Assembly: GCA_963744145.1 (NCBI GenBank)
Contig: CAVUSO010000001.1
Span: 2,272,001 to 2,336,000 of the forward strand
From: an uncultured cyanobacterium
Lineage (GTDB): Bacteria; Cyanobacteriota; Cyanobacteriia; Cyanobacteriales; CAWUOF01
Direction of reading: 5' to 3'
DNA length: 64,000 bases
Shown: in pieces, positions 10,627 through 20,078 of the stretch
Layout of the letters: every line of letters begins with the position of its first letter
Numbering within the stretch: the first letter of the stretch is position 1
Notes under the pieces: model-generated
Databases searched by the model: none
Told to the model about the DNA's origin: nothing
The model's input: the letters and a program-made list of their open reading frames with translations, nothing else
Program-made: the position numbers and the translations under genes

Positions 10627-11624
10627 AGCTTTGTCCCTGGTAAATGCGCTGTTCTCATCTTTCTCTTTCCCAAAACCAGGTAAAATCACTGGTTGGTTCT
10701 ACTCTGTGGGTCGGTCAGGATCGCCCAGACAATTCGACCCACCTGGTTAGAGCTTTGCCAAAATGCGATCGCCAAACTGTTTCCACTGAGATTTATTTTT
10801 TTAATTAGCATTGGTAGTAATTTAATTGTTGGCATAATGCAAATTAATTCTGGTTGATTGTTGTCAAAATCTAACTGTTAAAATTGGCAGTTTTTGCTAT
10901 CCTTTATTTACAGGTATTTATTTTTAATCTCCTTTCCAGTAATAATTTAAACACATTTAATATTTCTAGTAAGTAGAAATTGGCTCGACTGGGTGATCAC
11001 TCCAGATTTTTCAGTCTCCCCAAGTCAGATTAACCGATTTATTTAGATATCGATCTTACCACCAGAGATGAGGGATAAAGACATTTTTCCCCAGTTTGAC
11101 CCAAATCTTTCTGGGCTATAAGGTGGGCAACTGCGCGAGAATTTTGATGCAGTTGGTTAGATCCCATCATCTTTTTGCCCTAGTCAGACTTGTGCCTGAG
11201 ATAATTTTCCCTCACTGATAGCTATTTGACCCCTAGCAGGCTTGCTGAAAAATCCTCCCCAGACTAAAGGCATAATAATCTCTTTTACTGTGTTAGTCGT
11301 AAACTTGTCTGGATCAACCCAATGATCATTTAATTTATCGGGGGTATGCCTCCTTAAATCTCAAAATATAGCCTATGTTCAAACTTAATGTAATTAGGCG
11401 ATGATAGAAAAATTTCAACAAAAATCTTTATTCCCAAGTAGTTGAGCCATTTTTCACTGGATAATAGCCAATGACGATCCGAAATGTGCATCTGACTAAC
11501 TATTCCTACCCCTCCTTTCGTCCCATGATGCTGGGGAAAAGGGGGGCGGTTGCTACCAGTCAACCTTTAGCGAGTTTAGCTGGGATGGAAATGCTGCACC
11601 AGGGAGGAAATGCAGTCGATGCGG

Positions 11625-12095
11625 CTATCCGCTAAACACGCTTTCAGATCTGGACAACCAGTACATAAAGTGTAGAGATGGCCAGTCTCAGTAGGGGCGT
11701 ATTGCAATACGCCCCTGCTACGTTACTTGGGTCATGGCACCCTTCGACTCCGCTCAGGGTAAACCTGCGAGTGCTTTCCAGCTTGTAGCTCTGCCGTTCA
11801 ACTTTAAACATCCCTATAAAGCTCAAGGAAGTGAGTTGAGCCGAACAAGCCTAAGTAACATTGACGAGGAAACAATTACCATTCGACTACGCTCACGGTC
11901 AGCCTGAGCAATCAGAGTTTTAAACGCCCCAAGCGAGGCGGGTCTGAAAAGAACAATATCGTAGCTTCTATCTGTAATGCCAGCAGATATGCCAGAGAGA
12001 ATCACCACTTTTGAGGCGCAAAGGTGTTCTTTTTTTTTGATTAAGATCGCAAGAGTCCACATTTGTCCACATATTCGGCGATTAGAGGTGATCCG
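11625..12095 (+). mobile_element. ~469-bp non-coding insertion in ggt, probably a non-autonomous IS200/IS605 (IscB-type) derivative
   Basis: Removing it restores the DAAIAM reading frame of ggt. It contains an omegaRNA-like scaffold and no credible ORF. The ends are ambiguous by a few bases. Confidence 0.75.
11652..11880 (+). ncRNA. omegaRNA / HEARO-like structured RNA scaffold
   Basis: Ordered motifs CCAGTCTCAG..CTACGTTA..GTCATGGCACC..GAGTGC..CCAGCTTGTAGCTCTGCCG..TTAAACA..AGTG..TAACATTGACGAGG. Visible pairings: GTTACTTGGG/CCTAAGTAAC, TTCAACT/AGTTGAG, TGCGAG/CTTGTA. Confidence 0.75.
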
Positions 12096-12383
12096 ATCGC
12101 GATGGCAATTACCCTAACAGTAGTAGAGCCTACCTGCAATGGGATTGGCTCCGATGCTTTTGCTTTATTTTGGGATAGTCAATTACATGGGCTCAATGCT
12201 GCGGGCAAAAGTCCGCAAAATTTGACAAAAAACTATGGTTCTGATCTGAAAGAATTACCCATCTATGGGTGGACAACAGTAACCGTACCTGGAGCAGTTT
12301 CTGCTTGGCGATCGCTGTGGCAAAAATGGGCTGCATCTGAATCCCGTGCTGATGGAATTGCTTTAGCTTGGTAGGTTGAACAT

Positions 12384-12412
12384 AAAAAAACCCCCCACAG
12401 CGGTGGGAGGGG
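12384..12412 (-). terminator. Intrinsic terminator
   Basis: GC-rich stem CCCCCCAC-AGCG-GTGGGAGGGG followed on the minus strand by T7, just downstream of 12440..12670. Confidence 0.7.
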
Positions 12413-12439
12413 AGCCAGTAAGCGACTATTTAATTATTT

Positions 12440-12670
12440 TTACGAGTTTTGTAAAGTGCTGCTAGCGTAAGCATCCATCCCATAAGCAGGCACCCGCTCG
12501 TTATAATCCATTTTGCTACCAGTAATAGACTCAGATAGTCGTTCAAAAGATGCAGAGCGCCAATTGCGTTCGTGGATAGGTTTAGTTTGTTCACCCCGGA
12601 AATAAGCTTGAGTACCCAGTAATGCTGCTGCTACCCAACCAATGATAAATAAGGCGATTAGAAGTGTCAT
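12440..12670 (-). CDS. Small single-TM cyanobacterial protein (Psb35-like family)
   Basis: TM helix followed by GTQAYFRGEQTKPIHERNWRS, a motif recalled from a conserved cyanobacterial family; the Psb35 assignment is tentative. Confidence 0.65.
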   Translation of the reverse strand: MTLLIALFIIGWVAAALLGTQAYFRGEQTKPIHERNWRSASFERLSESITGSKMDYNERVPAYGMDAYASSTLQNS

Positions 12671-12898
12671 TTGTTTAATCCTTTAACTTTTATTGCTTTA
12701 TGTAAATAAATATAACAAACTATTTTCAAAAATGACAAGATGGGTTATAGGGTATTAACCTCCTCTGGAGATAGGGTAATCCACACTGTTCATCCTTGGG
12801 AAAAAACAAGTAAGACCAAACCAGAAACCATGGGTTTAGCTCTAGACAATCGTTGGCAAATTTTTTAAGCTAGATGTGAACTTGTTGAGGATAGATGT

Positions 12899-13084
12899 AT
12901 GATGTTCGTAAATCTAAAATTAGTTAAAGCCAAAAAACTCCTCTCCTTTGTGCCATCTGTAGTAGGAATATTGCTGATTTTTGGGTTTATATTTACTATA
13001 TTATTGCCGGATTTTTTAGCTCAACCAGCAAAAAATAAGCAAGCTCACTTCCCAGCTAATGAGATAAAATCCAAGTGCGACTAA
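12899..13084 (+). CDS. Possible small membrane protein
   Basis: 61 aa with one hydrophobic helix and a GAGG upstream; no family recognised. Confidence 0.3.
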   Translation: MMFVNLKLVKAKKLLSFVPSVVGILLIFGFIFTILLPDFLAQPAKNKQAHFPANEIKSKCD

Positions 13085-13397
13085 CTGAATAGTTCATTAA
13101 TATTTTTATCCGATCGCGATTCAATTGGTTAAAAATTAAGCGAGTTGAGGATATCAAACATTTAGATAATCTGGTGGATTGGCGATCGCATTGTCAATGG
13201 GTGAGTTCTGGGCAAAAATTGTTTCACAATGAAGATATATTAATTAAGATTGATCTGTAGGTGGGGGTGGGTTTTTATGATTAGTGGGTAAGTCTCAAAA
13301 ATCTGGGTGAACCCACCCCTACAAAAATCCGCAAATTGAGGATAAAATATGTGATTCAATTGGTATGGACAGTTTCACCAATTAAGTCCTGTAGGTA

Positions 13398-14306
13398 CTA
13401 ATTTACTGTCTCGGTTATCCTTTGAGTCACTTCCAGATAAATATGTTCTAATCGGACTGGTTGACGAGCGATCGCATCGATTTTAATCCCCGGAAACTGA
13501 GCAATGATTTCTGATAATTCTAAAGCTGTTGGTAACCAAAAAGCCAAATCACTACCATAACGACGATAGGTAAAACCACAAGTTTCACCCCGAGCGATCG
13601 CACCTGGTTCATCGGGAGTATTGATGACGACAATTTCTTCAGCGGGAATTAGTTGTCGTAATTGTGCTAAACTACCTTCAGCTAAAATTTTCCCATGTTT
13701 AAGAATCCCAATGCGATCGCAAAGTCGTTCAGCTTCATCTAATAAATGAGTGGTAAGTAAAACCGTAGTTCCTTGTGCTTTTAATTGTCGAATTAACTCC
13801 CAAATTTCATAACGTGCTTCAATATCTAACCCGGTTGTCGGTTCATCTAAAATTACTAATTTAGGTTGATGAACTAACGCAACAGCAATATTTAACCGTC
13901 GTTTCATTCCACTACTGAGAGTTTCGACCGGAGATTGAGCGCGATCGGTTAAATTAACAGCATTTAAACAAATTTTAATGCGTTCTCGTCTCTGCTGATG
14001 ATTTAGACCATAGATTTGAGCATAAAAATTCAAATTCTCGGTACAAGTTAGAGTTTGATAGAGTAAATTTTCCTGGGGAGCAACTCCGAGTAAATATTTA
14101 GTTTTTTGGGAAATCGGTTGATCATTAATCCCGATCGTCCCCCGATCGGGTTGAAGTAAATTACAAATAATATTAATGGTCGTAGTTTTTCCAGCTCCAT
14201 TCGGTCCTAATAATCCATAAATTTCTCCAGGAGCAATCTGTAAAGATAAATTATCTAAAACCGAGACTTTACCATAAGCTTTACTAAGCTGATTGATTTG
14301 CAGCAT
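13398..14306 (-). CDS. ABC-2 type exporter ATP-binding protein
   Basis: GPNGAGKTT, LSSGMKRR, ILDEPTTGLD, TTH. Confidence 0.95.
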   Translation of the reverse strand: MLQINQLSKAYGKVSVLDNLSLQIAPGEIYGLLGPNGAGKTTTINIICNLLQPDRGTIGINDQPISQKTKYLLGVAPQENLLYQTLTCTENLNFYAQIYGLNHQQRRERIKICLNAVNLTDRAQSPVETLSSGMKRRLNIAVALVHQPKLVILDEPTTGLDIEARYEIWELIRQLKAQGTTVLLTTHLLDEAERLCDRIGILKHGKILAEGSLAQLRQLIPAEEIVVINTPDEPGAIARGETCGFTYRRYGSDLAFWLPTALELSEIIAQFPGIKIDAIARQPVRLEHIYLEVTQRITETVN

Positions 14307-14323
14307 CCTGAACTTACCTAAAA

Positions 14324-15097
14324 TTATAATCTACTTTCTCGTCGCAACATTCGTTGATAAGACAACCACCCACAAACTACCATAAAAACAGCAAATCCAC
14401 AGAGAAACCAAAAATGCTCAGTCACATCAGCAAATTCATCCCCATTAGCAGAAATTTTCACCAATGCTTCATTCATATGATAGATTGGATTAAATTTGGC
14501 AATTTCTCGTAAAACTTTCGGAAACAAAAATGTCGGGATAAAAGCACCTCCAAGAATTAGTAAAGGAACACCAAAAGCAGCTACTAAAGCATTAACATCC
14601 TCAGTTCGACGAGCTAACTGAGTACCCAAAACAAACCCAACCCCCACATAAGAAATAATACTAAGGAAAATAATCAAGACGACTAACCACAGAGAACCAT
14701 GAAACTCAGCACCTAAAAAAACCGCTAGGGTATAAACTAGGAGAGTTTGACCTATCCCAATCCAACTGTGGGCTAAAAAAATGCCCAAAAAATAGGAAGT
14801 TCCACTTAAAGGAGAAATAAATAGACGTTTAAGAGTTTGTTGCTCTCTTTCTGCTACCACTGTAGCTACACTACCACCCAAACAGCTAAAAAACAGAGCA
14901 GCACCAACTAAACTAGAGGGTGCAGCACGTTGAAAAGCTTGAGCAGTTGACAATTGAGCGCGTTCTGCAAAAATTAATCCGTTGAGTAACAAGACAAAGA
15001 TCGGAAAAATCACCCAAAAAATCAAACTACGTCGTCTTCGTAACAATTCCAGCAGAATTCGTTGTGCTACTGCTATCGTTTCGTACCAATATTTCAT
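14324..15097 (-). CDS. ABC-2 type exporter permease
   Basis: About six TM segments with an EREQQTLKRL motif; directly upstream of the ATPase. Confidence 0.9.
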   Translation of the reverse strand: MKYWYETIAVAQRILLELLRRRRSLIFWVIFPIFVLLLNGLIFAERAQLSTAQAFQRAAPSSLVGAALFFSCLGGSVATVVAEREQQTLKRLFISPLSGTSYFLGIFLAHSWIGIGQTLLVYTLAVFLGAEFHGSLWLVVLIIFLSIISYVGVGFVLGTQLARRTEDVNALVAAFGVPLLILGGAFIPTFLFPKVLREIAKFNPIYHMNEALVKISANGDEFADVTEHFWFLCGFAVFMVVCGWLSYQRMLRRESRL

Positions 15098-15121
15098 CTT
15101 GAGAAATTAGCTAAACTACAA

Positions 15122-17065
15122 ATGAGTCAATTACCACAATATACTTTTTCCCACCCCATCTCACGACGGACATTATTAAAATTCTTCGGAGTTGGTACAA
15201 TTGGTGGTTTAATCGGATATTCCCGTTTAGTCAAACCCCAACCAACAATTTTTCAGCAGGATCGGTTTGATTTACCCAAATTATTAAATAAATCTCTAAG
15301 TGTCGTCGTGGTGGGAGGGGGACTAGCTGGGTTAGCAGCTGCGTATGAACTGAGTCAAAGGGGTTTTAACGTTACTCTGTTAGAAAAAGCACCTCAATTA
15401 GGAGGAAAAATTGCCAGTTGGTTGATCCAAATGGACAATGAGACTTTTATGATGGAGCATGGTTTTCATGGCTTTTTTCCCCAATATTATAATCTGAATA
15501 ACTTAGTCAAAGAACTCAATATCGTTGATAATTTTCTGGATTTAAAATTCTATTCCGTTGTGTTCCGCAATCACCAATATCAGCCCGAAGTATTTCGTCC
15601 GACTCATTCAGCATTTCCTTGGAATATAATTGATTTAGCGATCGCATCTCCTAATCGTTTAGATTGGGGAATTAATCTGACCAAATGGGACCATTGGCAA
15701 GTTTTTCGAGCTATTACTGGTTTTCAAATTCAAAAAACTTTCCAACGTCTCGATCATCTATCTGTTGCTGAATGGGTAAAAACGGATTTCCCCAAGGGAT
15801 TATATGATTTGTATTTTCTTCCTTTTGCTAGATCAAGTCTGAATGCACCAGATTTAATGAGTGTAGGAGAATTAATGCAATTTTTCCACTTCTACTTTTT
15901 TGGAAATCCGGAAGGATTAGCTTTTCATGGTACTAAACAAGACATGGGTACTTCCCTAGTCCAACCGATAGTCAAAGCGATCGAAAATCAAGGTGGGAGA
16001 ATTATTACTGGAGCTAATATCAGTGCTATTAATACGACTAATGGTAAAATTGATTCTCTCAATTATTACCAAGGAAATGCTAGTAATAGAGTACCTTTTT
16101 GGGTCCAGCGTCAGACACTAACTAATAGTAACCAGATGGAATATTTTGGTGCTGGGGATGAAGTTTTTGCGGTTGAAGCTGGAGCAAAAGAAGCTATTTC
16201 TCTGACTTGTACTCATCAAGGATGTACTGTACAATTTCAAGATGATGGTAAATTTCACTGTCCTTGTCATGGTGCTGTTTTTGATGCTCAAGGTAAAGTA
16301 TTAACAGGTCCAGCTCAACGAGATTTATTACGGTTTAATATTAAAGAGCGTCAAAACAATCAAGTCCAATTAGTTGCAGAAATTAATCATGCTTCTGAGC
16401 AACCGGAAATAATTCAAGCTGACTATTATGTGTTTGCGACTGATGTTCCCGGAGTAAAAAGATTGTTTAATTTAATTAATGGTGAAATTAATCAACAAGT
16501 GCGATCGCAGGTAGAAAAATTAGCAGTTGCTGATCCTTTTGCGGTTGTCCGGTTTTGGTTTGATCGGGATTTTGAATGGAAACATAGTTGGTTTACTTCT
16601 TTATCTGGGTATCGTTTGACCGATAGCATCACCCTCTATCACCGGATTCAGGATCAGTTTATCAAATGGCATGAAAAAACTGGCGGTAGTGTGGTAGAAT
16701 TACACGCATACTGTTATAAAGAGCAAGAATTCCCTAACCAAGCAGTTTTGCTCACAACCTTTGAGCAGGAATTGTATGAAATTGTACCAGAATTACAGCA
16801 AGCAAAAATCCTCCATCGGGAATTAGTCAATCAAAAGAATTTTGCTGGATATCCACCCGGAAGTTATCGCGATCGACCTGAAACTAGCACGGGTATTCCA
16901 AATTTATTATTTGCTGGTGATTGGGTGAAAATGCCTTTTCCTTGTGGTTTAATGGAAAGAGCAATTAGTAGTGGATTATTAGCAGCTAATGAAATTTTAC
17001 ATCGTCAAGGATTACAGAGACGATCTCTTTTTTCGGTCAATCCAGAAGGGGTACTAAAAATTTGA
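15122..17065 (+). CDS. cruE: FAD-dependent carotenoid desaturase/methyltransferase with inserted Rieske domain (CrtU/CruE-like)
   Basis: GGGLAGL FAD motif, EHGFHGFFPQYYN, Rieske CTHQGC...CPCHG, FAGDWV...LMERA. ATG at 15122. Confidence 0.75.
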   Translation: MSQLPQYTFSHPISRRTLLKFFGVGTIGGLIGYSRLVKPQPTIFQQDRFDLPKLLNKSLSVVVVGGGLAGLAAAYELSQRGFNVTLLEKAPQLGGKIASWLIQMDNETFMMEHGFHGFFPQYYNLNNLVKELNIVDNFLDLKFYSVVFRNHQYQPEVFRPTHSAFPWNIIDLAIASPNRLDWGINLTKWDHWQVFRAITGFQIQKTFQRLDHLSVAEWVKTDFPKGLYDLYFLPFARSSLNAPDLMSVGELMQFFHFYFFGNPEGLAFHGTKQDMGTSLVQPIVKAIENQGGRIITGANISAINTTNGKIDSLNYYQGNASNRVPFWVQRQTLTNSNQMEYFGAGDEVFAVEAGAKEAISLTCTHQGCTVQFQDDGKFHCPCHGAVFDAQGKVLTGPAQRDLLRFNIKERQNNQVQLVAEINHASEQPEIIQADYYVFATDVPGVKRLFNLINGEINQQVRSQVEKLAVADPFAVVRFWFDRDFEWKHSWFTSLSGYRLTDSITLYHRIQDQFIKWHEKTGGSVVELHAYCYKEQEFPNQAVLLTTFEQELYEIVPELQQAKILHRELVNQKNFAGYPPGSYRDRPETSTGIPNLLFAGDWVKMPFPCGLMERAISSGLLAANEILHRQGLQRRSLFSVNPEGVLKI

Positions 17066-17094
17066 TCTGATCCTCATTATCACTAGAAATAATC

Positions 17095-17808
17095 ATGAAT
17101 AGATGGCTAAATCGAAAAAATCTCGCGATCGCGACGATAATTGCAGTATTCATTTTTCTGGGTATCGCGATTATTAATCATGAGGAAAATGGCTGTTTAC
17201 TATCATCATCTCCCTTATGTCAATCCATGGCAAAAATTCCGACTACTGGTAAAGAAGCATCAGCGATCGGCACCAATTATACTAAACTAGCCCAGTTATT
17301 AACTAGACAGCAATTTGTCTTAGCGGATCAAGAAACAACTGATAAATTGGTATGGATCTACGATCCCAAATCAGTGGAACTGGGAAGAATCGATAATGTT
17401 AATCAATTACCTTGTCAGGACTTAAAAACTATTGATAAATTATGGACTACTGCTAGTGGTGGGAAGTATGGATTTACTATTCAAACTAAAATCTATCAAG
17501 AAATTATTCAGAAAGAAAAAAATAAACCACCATATCAAGACATTGACAAAATTTACCAAACTTTTGCCAAACAAGTAGGATGGAAAGTTGGAAAAGATTT
17601 ACAGCATTTAGAAGAATTAAGTTTTGATCCAGGAGCAGGAAAGGGACATCTACCTATGACCTATGTTACATTAGGAGTAGCAAGTTGCTGTCGAGACTTC
17701 ACTTTAAAAAATATATTTAAATTATGCTTCATGTGTTCACCATGGCAATCTGCTGCACCTGGTTTTTTGCCATCAATGTTAAATAGAATTAAATTATGTA
17801 AAATATAA
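17095..17808 (+). CDS. Membrane-anchored GUN4-domain protein
   Basis: N-terminal TM helix; NYTKLAQLL...ADQET...PCQDLKTIDKLW...GKYGFTIQ...VGW...GHLP. Confidence 0.75.
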   Translation: MNRWLNRKNLAIATIIAVFIFLGIAIINHEENGCLLSSSPLCQSMAKIPTTGKEASAIGTNYTKLAQLLTRQQFVLADQETTDKLVWIYDPKSVELGRIDNVNQLPCQDLKTIDKLWTTASGGKYGFTIQTKIYQEIIQKEKNKPPYQDIDKIYQTFAKQVGWKVGKDLQHLEELSFDPGAGKGHLPMTYVTLGVASCCRDFTLKNIFKLCFMCSPWQSAAPGFLPSMLNRIKLCKI

Positions 17809-17831
17809 CTCTTGGAATCAGACAATTAATT

Positions 17832-18905
17832 ATGTCCAACCAAACGATTGCTAATTTATCGATCAATACAGAAATTAACAATATTCGTCAACTGGGAATT
17901 AACCCCCATCACTGGTATGTAGTTGCTCGTAGTTCGGAGGTACAAACTGAGCCATTAGGAATTGTATTGTGGGATCAGCCCATCGTATTATATCGCGATC
18001 GCACTGGAAAAATCTATGCTTTAGAAGATAGATGTCCCCACCGTCAAGTTAAATTAAGTCATGGTAAAATCATCCTTGATCAACTAGAATGTGCTTATCA
18101 TGGCTGGCGATTTAAGTCAAGTGGAGAATGTGCAGAAGTACCTTATTTAGCGACTAATCAAAAACTACCTAATTGTCAAATTCGGGTATATCCAGTGAGA
18201 GAACAAGACGGATTTATCTGGATCTTTCCTGGAAATGAGCATTTATCAACCAAGGTTTCTCCTCTGAGCATTCCCGAATGGGAACATCTTAATTATATTG
18301 CCACCGTAGCAATCATTGAATGTCAAGCTCATTATTCTTATTTAATCGAAAACTTGATGGATATGTATCACGGGCACTTACATCAAAATTGGCAAGCTTG
18401 GGCAGATGCAAAATTAGAAAATTTAGTGGAAAATGAAAATCAAGTTGATGCTTATTATCAAGCCCAAAGTTATTATAAAATTGATCAAATCTGGTCAATC
18501 TCTCAATTATTTTTTCCCGGATTGCGCCAACTCCATCCTGAACCTTTAAAGGTAAGTTATATTTATCCTCATTGGTGTTCAACTTTAGGTCAAGACTTTA
18601 AAATTTACTGTCTGCTAGCTCCCATAAATGAAACTGCAACCCGTGCTTATTTAATTCACTTTACCTCTTTAAATGCCTTTTCGCGCTTGCACAAATTACC
18701 AATAGCATTCAGAAGATTTATCAAAAATAGCCTATTTGGCTCTGCTCAAAAATTACTAAATGGTTTAGTCAGTCAAGATGTGCAAATGATTGAAGAAGAA
18801 CAACAAGCTTATCTCAAAAATCCGCAAATTAGTAATTATGAATTAAACCGAGCTTTAGTAAGTGTGCAAAGATTAATGAAAATTCAATCCCAGAGCAAAA
18901 TTTAG
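17832..18905 (+). CDS. Rieske non-heme iron oxygenase (CruH-like)
   Basis: DRCPHR...CAYHGW Rieske motif; ENLMDMYHGHLH mononuclear Fe motif. Confidence 0.85.
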   Translation: MSNQTIANLSINTEINNIRQLGINPHHWYVVARSSEVQTEPLGIVLWDQPIVLYRDRTGKIYALEDRCPHRQVKLSHGKIILDQLECAYHGWRFKSSGECAEVPYLATNQKLPNCQIRVYPVREQDGFIWIFPGNEHLSTKVSPLSIPEWEHLNYIATVAIIECQAHYSYLIENLMDMYHGHLHQNWQAWADAKLENLVENENQVDAYYQAQSYYKIDQIWSISQLFFPGLRQLHPEPLKVSYIYPHWCSTLGQDFKIYCLLAPINETATRAYLIHFTSLNAFSRLHKLPIAFRRFIKNSLFGSAQKLLNGLVSQDVQMIEEEQQAYLKNPQISNYELNRALVSVQRLMKIQSQSKI

Positions 18906-19075
18906 CTCCTCTCCAAGGGAACCTGAGAAATTAGTTTTCTGTCTTTATCTAAAAGGAGGTCTGAATCACCATCTATTTCTTGGTCATCCAATCGGGTGAT
19001 CCGAATGATGGTAAATCCAGACTTCAACAAGCTAATCTAGGGTTAAAAACACAGGTTTGGGATTCAGAAAGCAAT

Positions 19076-19615
19076 ATGAAACCTATACTTTTGGGAACTA
19101 CAGCATTAATACTTATTCTGGGTATTGTGACTCCTGTCAAAGCCCAACTTGGTATGACTGGGAATAATGGTACTTTGATCGCTCGGGATGACTCCAGAAA
19201 TGATTACTATCGCGATCGCCAAAATGATCGTTACTATAGCGATCGCGATGATGACAATACTCAAAATGATTACTACTCCGACTCCAGCGATCGCAGTAAT
19301 CAAGAAAACCATTACAATGATATTGATCAAGTTTTTCGTGCAGTTATCGGTCGAAATGCTGATCGCAGTGGGCTCCGTTTCTATTCCAGACGGATGGACT
19401 CAGGTTGGTCGATCGATCAAGTCCGTGAACATCTTGCTTATAGTCCAGCAGCCCAACGAGCAATTAACGAAATTTATCGGGAAATACTCGGTCGAAATGC
19501 TGAACCTGAAGGGCTAGATTTATATAGTAGACGTTTAGCTAGAGATTGGTCACTCAGACAAGTTCGTCACGAAATTGCTGATAGTAAAGAAGCTAAAAAT
19601 AGAAGACATCATTGA
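19076..19615 (+). CDS. Secreted protein with DUF4214-like repeats
   Basis: Signal peptide from Met at 19076, Asp/Arg-rich linker, two I..YR..LGR.AD..GL..Y-type repeats. Confidence 0.7.
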   Translation: MKPILLGTTALILILGIVTPVKAQLGMTGNNGTLIARDDSRNDYYRDRQNDRYYSDRDDDNTQNDYYSDSSDRSNQENHYNDIDQVFRAVIGRNADRSGLRFYSRRMDSGWSIDQVREHLAYSPAAQRAINEIYREILGRNAEPEGLDLYSRRLARDWSLRQVRHEIADSKEAKNRRHH

Positions 19616-19872
19616 GCAACTAGATCCCCTTAAATCAGCAAGATTTAGGGGGAATTAAGAATTTTAGGATTAAGATATATAATTGAGAATCTTTAGATTA
19701 TACCACCAAAATAGTCCTGACTAATACCAATTAACCATGAAATTGCACTTAATCTGAGGTTGATCTGTTAGGTCAGGGCAGGTTTATAATAGTGACCTGT
19801 TGGTGACAGAATTGACTGGTGAACCTGCCCCTACCAATTTTATCTTCTATTTACGGGTTTTTGTAGTAGGGG

Positions 19873-20023
19873 CGGGTTCGCCCAGATTTTTGAAATTTAC
19901 CAATTAATTAGAAAAACCCGCCCGGGTTCGCCCAGATTTTTGAAATTTACCAATTAATTAGAAAAACCCGTCCGGGTTCACCGAGATGTTTGAGATTTAC
20001 CGACTAATCATCAAAACCCACCC
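19873..20023. repeat. Three tandem 50-bp units derived from a REP-like element
   Basis: CGGGTTCGCCCAGATTTTTGAAATTTACCAATTAATTAGAAAAACCCG at 19873 and 19923 (near identical), with a degenerate copy at 19973. Confidence 0.9.
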
Positions 20024-20078
20024 TCACCCACAGATCAATATACATCAATGTATCTTCATGGTGAATTGGGATAATTCA

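Larger units (their letters stand above)
11471..12374 (+). pseudogene. ggt: Gamma-glutamyltransferase pseudogene (insertion plus large internal deletion)
   Basis: From 11471: MTIRN...GAVATSQPLASLAGMEMLHQGGNAVDAAI. It resumes after a ~469-bp insert with AMAITLTVVEPTCNGIGSDAF...TVPGAV, then jumps directly to the C-terminal ASESRADG. Confidence 0.9.

Noticed and set aside
11644..12062. Two short minus-strand ORFs (60 and 79 aa)
   Set aside because: They lie antisense within the structured RNA insert and show no IscB (PLMP/RuvC/HNH) or TnpA motifs.
19873..20023. Possible CRISPR array
   Set aside because: Units are contiguous 50-bp tandem copies without unique spacers, and there are no cas genes.
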